Assembly: GCA_001949185.1 (NCBI GenBank)
Contig: BDGG01000004.1
Coordinates: forward strand, 4,497,777-4,561,776
Direction: 5' to 3'
DNA length: 64,000 nucleotides
Source: Ramazzottius varieornatus
Lineage: Eukaryota; Animalia; Tardigrada
Made by a program: the position numbers and the translations under genes. Position 1 is the first letter of the stretch; the number at the start of each line of letters is the position of its first letter. The notes under the pieces are model-generated. The model was not told where the DNA came from and searched no databases. It was given only the letters and a program-made list of their open reading frames with translations. This document shows positions 49,201-64,000 of this stretch, one piece after another.

Positions 49201-49986
49201 AAGGCGGAACCCAACGATGAGCTAGACATGCGTTATGCTGCCGGTAACGACATCAACGTGGAGTTCTTCAAGGTGAAGCGTTCGTGCTCACCCACCAACG
49301 AGAATCCAGCCACTCCTCCCAAGAAGCACAAGGTACGCCACCGCTCTTACACTATCGTTTAATAGCCTGCCTCCTACCTTTGGAGCGGCTGTACTTTTGT
49401 CACAGTTGGCACAGGAATGTGGCATGAATTCTCTTCGATGTTCTCCTGCGGAATTGTTCAAGTGGGGAGAAGAAACTGGAGCTCGACGAGATTGTTTTTC
49501 GAAGTGGCGCAAATCTGCAGTCATATTGGCTGGAAGCTTGCGCCACGCGGGTGAACGATCTGGTCGCGTTCCTTTGCAGAGCATCTGATGGGCAGATATA
49601 CCTTCGGAAAGCGGCAATGTGTTGTTTGCTCTTTTAACGCATGTTTTCTGTGTCTCTGTTAGGTGGCAGCCAAGAGGGAAGTGTCGGTGGTGTCGGACCC
49701 GGGTATCGTCAAGAAGAACAAGACGCGCCCGCAGAGTGTGGGAACGACCGAGCGAGAAGCTCACAAGCTATACATTTGCAAGTGCGGCGAGTTGCTTCCT
49801 CGCAAGAGAGACTACTTTTCCCACTGGGAAAGACACGCCATAAAGTACAGCGAGTTGAAGGCTGAACAGCGCCAGCTGTACTGTGTCCGCGCACAGTGCG
49901 GCTATCTGGCCAAGGACGACTTGGACTACACTCGACACGCTGCCCGACATGTGCTGCTGCAGGTGATGTACCGAAAGCATTGCTGA
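46269..49986 (+). CDS. Gln/Pro-rich zinc-finger protein (one U1/matrin-like finger, two C-terminal C2H2 fingers)
   Basis: WCVLCQVMIRGKDKWRRLHLMSAEHQNKL; poly-Q tracts; YICKCGELLPRKRDYFSHWERH and LYCVRAQCGYLAKDDLDYTRHAARH; many GT-AG introns; ends approximate. Confidence 0.75.
47452..47480. repeat. (TTGG)7 microsatellite
   Basis: ttggttggttggttggttggttggttggt at the 5' end of an 81-nt intron. Confidence 0.95.
47761..47864. repeat. Palindromic ~110-bp element (zinc-finger gene intron)
   Basis: gatcgttttcgcaagtggcgcac-N24-ttgcgccactc. Confidence 0.85.
48013..48120. repeat. Palindromic ~110-bp element (zinc-finger gene intron)
   Basis: ggcaaacagactcggccagatcgtt...aacgatctggacgagtctgtttgcc. Confidence 0.92.
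49480..49577. repeat. Palindromic ~110-bp element (zinc-finger gene intron)
   Basis: ctcgacgagattgtttttcgaagtggcgca...ttggctggaagcttgcgccac. Confidence 0.88.
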
Positions 49987-50533
49987 CGGACGTCACGACT
50001 TTCATTCCTTCTCTCCATAGATCCAAAGATGATATCCTTGAAAGTTCCTCGAGAGTAATACTTAGCTTAGCTATGATTAGACTGTAATTCTTAAGTCTCG
50101 CCTTAGCTTTTTCGCGCTTTCTTCACAGTTGAATTGGCGCAATGGTTTAATTCGCGTTGTCTTTTTGTATGCTGACAACGTCTTGAATGGATTATGGATC
50201 TGTGTTCCGCTACGTCTTGCCTTTACCTGTCTTGGTTTTGTACCCCTTTTTCGCTGAACGGACTTTCTCTCTTATGTAGCTTTCCTGTCATCGCTGCTTC
50301 CTCCTGTTTCCATGCATTTATTTGGTATAATTCAGAAAATCCTGTAGAAAGGACTCTTGGAAAATGACAATTGTGGTCGAGAGCGCTGCCTAAAAAAAGC
50401 TTTCTTCTGCTGAGAAAACAAACATGTGCAATTTACGCTAATTTGCTGGACGAGAAACTACAATGGAGGTTTCATGCTGATTAACGATTGGGGAGCGTCA
50501 TGAAGAAAGATGGATCATGGATGTCCATTAGCC

Positions 50534-54541
<4,008 letters not shown>

Positions 54542-55477
54542 TGCAAGCTGGCACAACAATTAAACTTGACGCGGGCAGCGAAAGAAATGAATCAATGGAA
54601 GCTGGGACAAGCGTCCCTCTTTTAGGGAAGCTCGTACTGCGATACTCGTGCGAGGAAACCCTTCAAATGCAGCTCCTCAAGCCCAGCGCCAGACTTGATG
54701 GATCGATTTAGTACGGGCATACATTTGAGCGATATTGCCACCGGATAAATGTCATCCAGCTCAACTTCCCATTACCGTCGAGCACAGCCGGCAGCGAGAT
54801 ACAGTACACCTGAGACGGCAAGGGATACCATGACCATCAGCGCTAAGGGGTTCTATCATCGTAATACACCGACAACGTCACAAGCGGAAACGGAGTGCCT
54901 GGTGGGGGAAACAGGCAAGGAGGAAGGAAGACAGGGCATTCATCTGATTTCATCATTGAATCAACACAATAGCCTTCTTTGATCCACGCTCCCGCCCTGT
55001 AAGATCATCTACGGAAACGATTAGGCCTACATGCGGAGAACAGCGTGGTTTCGGCACAGCACAGGAAGGGCAGCCAAGCGCACTTCCGCTTTCTTCATCA
55101 ACCCTCCTTCCTTCCTAATTGCACTTCTATGCAACTCTCCATCCATCTTAGCTACAGGGTTACCCACAACAACATCAGCCGACTGAAATTTCTACTTTCG
55201 ATGCAGATCGAAGTATTAGGGAAAGTCTAATCTGTCCTAACCCAGCCTGTAAACACTAAAAGTACTCCAGTCGTTAATAATAAAGCTTTTTCTGGAATTT
55301 CAATGTTGTTCCTAATCCGCTAATTTCCGGTCATTTTCAATGTCGCCACAAAAAACCTTGTTGCGTACTCATCTGGTGGAGTTTTGGATGGTCACACTCC
55401 CAACACATTGGCTCCTTCATTGTTATGTTAGTTCAAAGTTAGGTCACATACGCCACTTGAAGTTTAACGTTTAACTT

Positions 55478-55568
55478 CAAACTCATTTTCCCAAGTGACG
55501 TATTTTCTGGGTTTGTGACGGAAAGTGTGCGCCACTTGGAAAAAGATCTTGTCCAGTTTGTTGTTCGA
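55478..55568. repeat. Palindromic ~110-bp element (upstream of Akt start)
   Basis: ttttcccaagtgacg...gtgcgccacttggaaaaagatcttgtccagttt. Confidence 0.82.
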
Positions 55569-55914
55569 AGTCTAGTTCATCCGTAACATTTCATGTGATT
55601 TCCAAGTAACTCGAGTCATGATAAAATTTCTAAAATCTGCCAGAAAAACTTGTCAAGGAATAAAGGAGAACGACGACCCATTAACCATCAAGCATTAACG
55701 AAACGTACCTTCTCAGTCGGCAAAGTACTTTAGACAGAACTGTTATCTTTCCACGGAACACCTTCCCGTACAGTCCCCAGCTGCTGAACTTCATTCAAAC
55801 CTCATGCGTCCACCCACCCTAGAGAAAACAAAGCTGAGGCCACATTCGTAACATAATGGGGTACACTATGTATTTACAAACAAGTTGACGTTAACCTAGG
55901 CTCACTTTGGCTAA

Positions 55915-58890
55915 CTATGGCAAAGTTTCGTCCCTCATTTCCAACGGTACATCCGCAGCGTCCGTCGTATTCACTACAAAAGAATCCTAAATCAAAAACT
56001 GGCCGGTACTGATTTCCTTTATAATGACTACAGTGGGAACTGACGGTGAGCATACCAGACTTGTGAGGGCTAATGTTGCGTATGAAGGTGGCTAGTTGTC
56101 TCTGGCGCAGTTCGTCGAAAGAGAAGCGTCGCTTGCGAGGTTGAGACGACGGTGGACTTAATGTCGCACCATCAGTCGAATTCTCGTCAACCTCAACCAG
56201 GTGAATCTCCGTCACATCACTGTTTCCGCTCTGATCATCTGCACTTCCACTAGGCGCGTCTTCGCTCTCGGTTGAGCCCGCCGACTTGTCCGCCATCTCA
56301 TTTAACTCATCATACTCTTCCTCCCCTTCAACGTCATCTGAAGACGGAAGTATTTTTTCAGAATGGCCCATCACAATAATTTGTCCGTACAAAAACTAAG
56401 TTAGGTTGGAGAGGACCCGCAAACTGAACTTGAAAGATCTTTATTTCAAGCGGCGCATGATTCCAGCCAGTGACGATAAAAACTCGCGCCACTGAGAAAA
56501 AAATCTTGTTCGTTTCGTTTTTGCCGACCTCGCATTTCTAGTACCGTCTGGAAAACTCACACTGGTACTCGTCATCGTCAAGTTCCTCGTCGATACCACC
56601 CTCATCGCCGTCCTCGAACATCGGGGGCAGCCACGGTGTATACTCAGACTTCCGTCGCAGCATTACTTCCGCCGGTAGACACGTACTACCGTCCAGCTTC
56701 GGCCATCGCCGAAAACGACTCAAATCGACTTTGGCCAGAAAGAAACACCAACCACGTTAGCCGACATTTGTTCAACCGCTGGACCACCAGAGTGGATGAT
56801 TAGACGATAAGTACCTGCTTCCTTGATTGGCTGGGCCGGCATCAAGCGCGGCAACACCAACTTACGCTTCTTGGAACCCACCGAGCTGTCTTCTAGAGCC
56901 ATGCCGAGGGACGTCGCTGACAAGAGCGTATTTCCTATCGATACAAAACCCCGAATAAGTTTCAGCGTGGTTAAAAATGCGTAAGGGGAAAACTCTCGTA
57001 CCTTTACTGGCAATGCTCACGAGGACACTGGCGGCCTCAATGACGCTTGGTCGCTGACGTTTGGGGATCGGTGGTAGATATTTGGTCGGCGATGGCGTAC
57101 TAACGGTCACCTGGCGCTTTTGCCCCTCTGGACTTGCTTGCTTCATCTCCATGGATGTCTCGATGACTGCCTGTTGTGCCGACGCCAGCGACATCACTTG
57201 CGCGAAGCTCACTGAAATTAAAGTAGACCGGTCACTGTACGCAAAGTCATTTCCTCCATCCTTTCCTGCCGGTAATCGTAATTAAAAAACTTTCGGCGTT
57301 TCCTGGATATAACGACTTCAAGACCTCAATTTGTAGCCTTACAATTGCGGTTACTGGCTCTGGAGCGAGGCCGAGGTGCTTCAAAGACGTGGTCATCTTG
57401 AGCAGCAAAGTCCATCATAACGTTGGCCGTCTCCGTGCGGGGAGAGAGGACAATCTCGCTCAACGGTCGCCGTCCGGCCGACCCCGAGGGCGAAGAGGTA
57501 TCTCCTTTCTTGCTGTTGGAGCCAAACGAGTCTTTTGGCTCGGCGGCCGTCAGGTCCGACAAGAGGTGTCTGTTGGACAGGGAGAGCGGTGACGATAGAG
57601 GGGGCATATCGTTCAGGTACAAGATCTTCTCCGCATCCGGTGTTATCTCCCCCGGAATCCGATGCTTGAAGTTTTCGCACTCTTCCGGCTGCAAGTCCCG
57701 ATGCTCCCAAATGGCTTGAGGCTTCTTGGCTTGCTGTTGGCGGTTGGCAATCTCTGCAAGACAAAGCTGAAGCATGAACGAAAGCCTAGTCATCATATCT
57801 CCGTTCTCTTCGTTCTCACCTCGGACTTGTGGAGTGCGGTTGATGGAAACTCGAGGTTTAGCTTTTGCTCCGGAAGAGTTACGCTTGGGCTCGGGCGACA
57901 AGATGCTGCGACGAGGAACACGCTCTTCCTTGCTTTCGGGCAGCTTGAAGTGATCGTCTGACTCAGGTGAGTTAATCGGTGTGAAATATTCTTCGTCCGT
58001 AGAGCCTACGGTTAAACCCAACCATCAACCAACGTTACTCATGACATTCCAAAGGTACATACATACCAGCCTTGCTGGGAGTTGGGGAGCGAGAACGCGA
58101 ATCGCGAGAATGGTCATAGCGCGAGCCATCATCCGTGATGAGCGATGTTGACGACAACGGCCGGTCACAGGGGGGAGCGCAGCTGAAAGAAAAGCCCGCT
58201 GGATAGTTATCCGTGGTGTTCATGTCGATCGTCGGTGGTGCCAGTCTAATCTTCCCCATTGCCCACGAGAGAACCTTCTGAAATCAACAATCAGAATCGC
58301 TTAACCGATGTACTTCCGGTGCGCGTAGTTCTCATCTTGTAATTCAGAATTAGTGACGTCAGCGTCACAGCAGTTGGGTTATACAAGACGTTGCAGTTTC
58401 TTGACGTCATGCGCTGAAACGAGTAAACTATCAACTAATTCAACTTTCGATTCTTGTAACGGTCAAACTGGCTGCTCTCGAAAGCTCTCACCCGTGACCC
58501 GTCCACCGCCGTAACATACGTTAATCACCATACCTTGCCAACGTTGAACAGACCACGGTCTGTCTCATCCTTGTCAATGTGGCGCCGAGCAATGGAAGCT
58601 GACAGTCGACGGCGGGAATTTTGTCCGGCGAAAGGTCTGCTCGACAGCAAAGTGGATCCATCCCATTTCGATGTGTTATCCAAGATGTTGCTCAACCAGC
58701 CCGAGGTGCCGTTGATGCGCGCCTGTGAATATGCATCTTCCGTCTTTCGACGACGTTTTACGCTGTGGGCTTGTGTCCCGTTCATATAATCGGTTGCGGC
58801 AGTATTCGGTAGTTGCGTGGACGGATACTCTTGCTGTTCCCACTCGCCCTCGTCGTCCGTCTCCAGATCATCAAACGCTCTCTTCGACAT
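55915..58890 (-). CDS. Uncharacterised multi-exon low-complexity Ser/Pro/acidic protein
   Basis: MSKRAFDDLETDDEG... exons with GT-AG boundaries through to VNTTDAADVPLEMRDETLP*; many SP/TP sites and basic clusters (KRRRK, KKRK, RKRR); no domain recognised. Confidence 0.65.
56419..56527. repeat. Palindromic ~110-bp element (intron of uncharacterised gene)
   Basis: aagcggcgcat...cgcgccactgag...tcttgttcgtttcgtttttgccga. Confidence 0.82.
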
Positions 58891-59710
58891 GGCTGTGCGA
58901 CTGATCACTTGCACCTGCGAAGGAGATCATAATCGGTTCGCCATACAGTGTACCTTGTCGACCAGTTACTAATCCAATGCATGCTTTGCATGCTACGATT
59001 GCTACCTTGCAGTAACGTCCTTTACCACCTTGTAAATGATCCTAATCCATGGAAGGCTTTCCATCATAAACCTCGCTAGACGATGTCATTATTGCCATAT
59101 CAATGATAGAATGGGGCGTCGATATCGGGATGAACTTCAAGGAAAACCGCCAAAGCTAAACCTAGCGAACATAACGATTAACGAATAACGAGCAATGATG
59201 CGAGCGAACTCATAATCTGGAGTTTTGAAAACGGGAGGTCTCGACTGATCGATTGGTTGATTGATTGATCTACATTCAACACTGGACCAATCGGTTGCAG
59301 CAAGGCATGCCATGCCGTGCAAAGTGACAGTTAGAATGCCACGGTTGATTTCCGTAAATGGAAAAGGACATGGTACTACGCAAACGGTGACTGATTGTCT
59401 GTTTCGTCGCTCTTTTTCTCCTCGCTCGTCGGAACTTCTTCCCGTAAGTTCATCCCGTGAATAAAGCTGCTCAGTACCTCTGTACAAGTCTGTTACTGTC
59501 TGTACCATCGACACAAAAGACTCTATCCATCCGGTGTTTCTCTATCGCTGAGAGCTTTATTACTGCTAGACCGCCGAAGGATCGACCTGAAGCAGCCAGA
59601 GGAACACCGTTCCAAGTGCGTTTGAAATGTCATCTCAACAGTCTGACCCTGGCGTGGTAGGTGCATTTACAGTACTCCATATTTGGTTTTCTTACGTAGA
59701 TTCAAAAGCG

Positions 59711-60611
59711 ATGTCGGGATTACGCGTGCTTCGACGCGTGTGGTGGACTGTAGCTCTAACGCTACCTCGCAGTATTGCTACCAGCAGCGCCCCAATGATG
59801 TCTTCTTCCTTGAAGGTGGACAAGAGCCAGCTGGAAGAAGCAAAGAAGAAGCTGACGCCGGAGCAGTATCACGTGACGCAGGAAAAGGGAACGGAAAGGT
59901 AGTACATCAAAGTCCCGTAATTAAGATCTGAACTTCCGTGACGTCATGGGTGGGTTTACCCGTTGGCCAACGTCTATCTTTATTGCAGGCCGTTCAGCGG
60001 TGTTTACAACAAGCACAGCGAGCCAGGAACTTATCGGTATGTTCCTTGTTCTAACAAGATCATAGTGTTGTTGGTGTCGGTTCGTTATCGTGGTTTGCTT
60101 CTAGCTGCGTTGTCTGCAACGATTTGCTGTTCGAGAGCGACTCCAAGTTTGACAGTGGCTGCGGATGGCCTGCGTTCTCGGATGTCATCGACAAAAGTAA
60201 AGTAAAGCTCACCACCGACAGTAGCCACGGTAAGTTCAAGCTTTAATCTAGAAAGGTAAAATCGAAAGAACCAACGTGTCGTGAACGAATTGTGATGTAC
60301 CAGTAGAGTAACAAGTGAGGCACGATGGTCTTGTTCGTGAGTGTGGGTTCCCCATTTTCTGTAACTTTGCTGCTTAACTGGTGATGGGCTCTGTTATTTT
60401 CAACGTGCTAACCGAGTGGTTTCCGTGTGTGATAACAGTTGGGGCGAATATCCTCTTATTGGTTGTGCGTCGTCCAGGAATGATACGGACGGAAGTCACC
60501 TGCAACAACTGTGGTGCTCATTTGGGCCATGTCTTTGACGACGGACCACGACCCACAGGCCAGCGGTACTGTATAAACTCATGCTCGCTGAATTTTGAAG
60601 CGAAAAGATGA
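59711..60611 (+). CDS. MsrB: Methionine-R-sulfoxide reductase B (Cys-type, Zn-binding)
   Basis: [60 protein letters not shown]. Confidence 0.96.
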
Positions 60612-60900
60612 CCGTTGACATTCATTCTATAGAGGTTCTATTCTCCGTAACTTCTCTGTGAGCTCTTCATGCAGCAATACTTCTAATTATGTACATAGGT
60701 GTGCAGACCGTTTGTTCCAAATTCCAGAAGTACGTACCGTCGTTTGACATTTTATTCAATATAACTATCTTTTATTTAAACTTTGGACAATTGCTTGACC
60801 CGTAGTAAGGAAGGCACTTGCTGAGCATTACCAATACTTGGGTTGGCTTTTGTGACTAGACAAGATTGTCAGCTGATTTCAGCTGGTCAACTGGTTTCGT

Positions 60901-62638
60901 TCACGAATAGAAGCTGCCATCGGTGGTGAGACGATGCATGGACCGCGATGAGTTCATGGGTTTCTTGCCATCGATAGAAAGGGAAACAGCGCGGGGTAAA
61001 GAGTTTCTGGGGGCATAGGAAGACCTGGTGGCCACCGTCAGGTCCACCGGCACGTCAGCTTCCTCGTTCTCTTCCGCAAAGCGGGTACTGTACAGTGGCA
61101 TGCGTTGTTCTTTGAGGGCAGCTTGCTTGGAAGACGAATGGGATAGCTTGCCATTCTGCTCCCTTTCCCGCTTCCGACTACGGTGTCGGGACACATAGTG
61201 GCCAACAATGATGGCCATCAGTATGACTAGTCCCACACCGGCAGCGGCGCCCGAGTAGATCATTACCGCTGTTCTGTTACCTGAAAGCGGCGAGTTCCCT
61301 CTTTGATTTAGATCAAGAACGTAGCGTATCATCCCGACCTTCGAATCAGACGTTAGGGTCTTCAGAAAGGCTTACCAGTGATCTTTTGATAGACGACGAT
61401 CCAGTCCATGATTACGCTGATGTTTTCTGTGCAATTACACCGCGTAATGTCTTGTTCCTCCACCAGGAAACCTTTGCGGTTTCCGCCGTAGTAATTGCGG
61501 TCGGAAATACTTCCCGAAGATGAGTCAGGCTCTATGGCTTGAATGTCATGCGTTGTCGAAGAACGACCACCTATCAATCACCAAAGGGTAGATTATCCCG
61601 CTATTCCTCCCCGTTGACTCCTATAGCCTATGGGTGATTATTATATAGTGTTCTGAATGCTAGAGTACGCGGTACCGATTGAGTTGTGGTCTTCCGGGTC
61701 TCCGATTGAGTTGTGGTCTCCGGCGTCATATTCGTCGGACTTGTCATCGTGCAAGACGGGCTCCTTCTCCTTTGGTGAAACGGCTCGGTTCGATCCCTTG
61801 ATGAGGATTCGTTGCGGAACTGCGAAAAGGTACACTATCGGGTATTTGGTGTTCCTCGAGAAACGCCTTATGTTGATAGTAACTCATGACAGGTTGTTGT
61901 CGCGTACCGCAGGCGTACGAGACAACAAGGTACTTCAAAGTCCCTGCCGGACACTGGTCTCCGAAAGTAGCTTCATCGGCGAACAAGGTACAAGAACGTT
62001 CATTTTGACATTTAGTCATGGCCATTTCCGTTGCGAAACTCGAAAAACATTCTGTGGTAACAAACAAAATCGCCAAACATATAGCACTAATGGTGTTTTT
62101 TTCCAAAGGGTTGGTGAAAGGGTTGGTTACGTACCGGGACTGTGGAAGCCTGGAGGTCGCGTTTCTTTGGGCGTCCTGTCCGGACAGACGGCGCTACCTG
62201 AACGATCCCGCCCAAACATGGCCGACTGAATGGCCAAACGATGCGTCGTCTTCTCGCACTCTAACTTCATCGTTTCCCCTTCGCATACCACTTGACTGTG
62301 AAAGACATCTGGAACCACATAAGGAAATAAGAAACAAGTTCCTCCAGCAAATCTATCTGGGAGGTTTGCAAATGAGCTCGACCAGACTGTTTCCCAAGTG
62401 GCGCACGTTTTCAGTGTTACTGGCTGATTTCGTGCGCTACTTGGAATAGCGGTCTTGTCGAGTTCGTTTGCCGAGTTCTGGTTTCTGTGTGTGGGAATGA
62501 TTACTTACTGGGTTTGCATTTATAGGCCACTTCTAAATACTTCCATGTGCGGGGACAAGGGTCCTCCTTGAAGGTTTCGCCGTTGACCGGTATCCGGCAC
62601 GTGGACCGATTCTTATCCTGACAGAGAGCCATCACTTT
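60901..62638 (-). CDS. eva-1: Eva-1/EVA1C homologue (SUEL/rhamnose-binding lectin domains + TM); 5' exons not resolved, probably extends upstream
   Basis: DPCPRTWKYLEVAYKCKP, VVCEGETMKLEC...IQSAMFGR, FGDQCPAGTLKYLVVSYAC, TM TAVMIYSGAAAGVGLVILMAIIVG. Confidence 0.88.
62366..62475. repeat. Palindromic ~110-bp element (Eva-1 intron)
   Basis: cccaagtggcgcac-gttttcagtgttactggctgatttc-gtgcgctactt...tcttgtcgagttcgtttgccgag. Confidence 0.92.
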
Positions 62639-64000
62639 CTGCAAGGACAAGAAGGCCCATTGACCACGGGCTTTTCGGTAAGCTGGTAGATCGTACCGTT
62701 TTTTGCATTTTAGAGGGAGAAAAACTTCATCTGATTCTGTGTGAGAGGAATTATCGGTATTTTGGGCGGCATCTGTACTTTGGCAAATTGAAGGCTTAAG
62801 GATTTGTCCTGACAGGCTTAACGAAGCAAATAAGGGAACTGGTGTGCATGTGCTTCCGACTGACGATATGCAGCTGCCGTTAGGGTACTCGTACAGAGAC
62901 AGCCGGCGATTACTGTCGTTTCTGGGTCATTAATTACATCAATCAGAAAAATTAACCAAGAACCTCGGCTCTGTTCCTCCTGTGCCAGAAGCTTTTCTAG
63001 TCGAAACGATGCTCGGCGTGCTGCTTTACTGTGTGAGCGTTCCAAGTCTTGGCATTAATCCTTCCATTTTGCGAAAAAAGCATCTTATCCACGTAAACAT
63101 TATCCATCAAAAGGCACTAGACACGAAAGATGGCTTATCCATCGGAAGCCACCCTGAAAGTGACACCTCGAATGCTTCCTCCTTAATTCCAAAAGGGTCA
63201 TTCACTCCAGACGAGTTCGTCAAACATCTACTCTGCCGAACTCGGCGCATCATGATCATGTTCCAAGAGCTTTCTCTCGTTGACTACGGCTTTCCTTAAT
63301 GACGAAATTAGGGAGGATGGTTTTCTTTTCGGATCAGGAACTCTTTCTTTCCTGACACGCTTTCAGTGTTGAGTTCAATGTAGTCTGAAACTACTGGATG
63401 AGGTTTTCAAGCTTTCTCTGGTACTGTGTTGCGTTGCATGGTTTGATCTGGTATCGATCGAGAATGAGAATGATAGATGTGGCCGACTAGAGTGATGAGA
63501 TTGCACCCAAGAGGATATTATATGGAGAGATTAGTCCGACTTTTTGTCGGCAAAGATATTGTCTATGTTGAGGGTTGCAGGGTAATCGGGGCAAATAATG
63601 GCTCTTCTTTTGGAGATGCACTTATCAGTTCGATCGATTAACTTGTCCTCTCCTGCATGTACGTCCACTTGCAATGGCGCCTTAAGTCTTCCCATTCGTC
63701 TCTGTCGTCCTCAAAACACCGTGGACTGTCTTGCTTGAAACTAGCACCAACTTATGAAGCCTGCGGCAACCCTGACAAGAAGTTCGCAGTTATTATGAAC
63801 TAATTGGCGTGAAGAAAAAGTGTGGACCTAATAAATGGGGAGGAGGAAGTGACAAAGACTCAGCAGCTGTTGACCCACACCCTTCGGTTACCATCCACTC
63901 ATGTTGCGGTGTGGACAATTACGAGTTAAGTCAATCAGCACCCAAGAGTATTAGCTCTTCACTTGGTGTCGATCTGTCTCTCATGGAAAAGTCTAGAACA

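Noticed and set aside
59711-60611. MsrB as a selenoprotein
   Set aside because: The catalytic residue is Cys (TGT in RYCINS) and there is no in-frame TGA.

Overview
Gene-dense eukaryotic (invertebrate animal) genomic DNA with short GT-AG introns and two 50-N assembly gaps. The ORF track only shows exon fragments, so gene models were assembled by hand from splice signals. Recognisable genes in order: secreted YGGG-rich protein (-), 6xPAN+ZP matrix protein of the NompA/NOAH type (+), divergent cyclin D-like (+), Piwi-clade Argonaute (-), RSPH9 (+), Ephexin-type RhoGEF (+), EAAT/SLC1 glutamate transporter (-), Gln-rich zinc-finger protein (+), Akt/PKB (-), an uncharacterised low-complexity protein (-), MsrB (+) and an Eva-1 homologue (-, 5' end unresolved). 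Cuticle-type genes plus a motile-axoneme gene suggest a compact-genome ecdysozoan with flagellated sperm (inference only). The most striking non-genic signal is a ~110-bp palindromic element present about 25 times, almost always inside introns. Its consensus is roughly CTCGGCAAACAAACTCGACAAGATCGTTTTCCCAAGTGGCGCAC-N25-GTGCGCCACTTGGGAAAACGATCTTGTCGAGTTTGTTTGCCGAG, and the inner half-sites and 25-nt spacer length are conserved while the spacer sequence drifts. Two spliced orphan genes not visible as single ORFs were also found: a 159-aa basic disordered protein and a 134-aa secreted six-Cys protein. Several other inverted-repeat elements are present.
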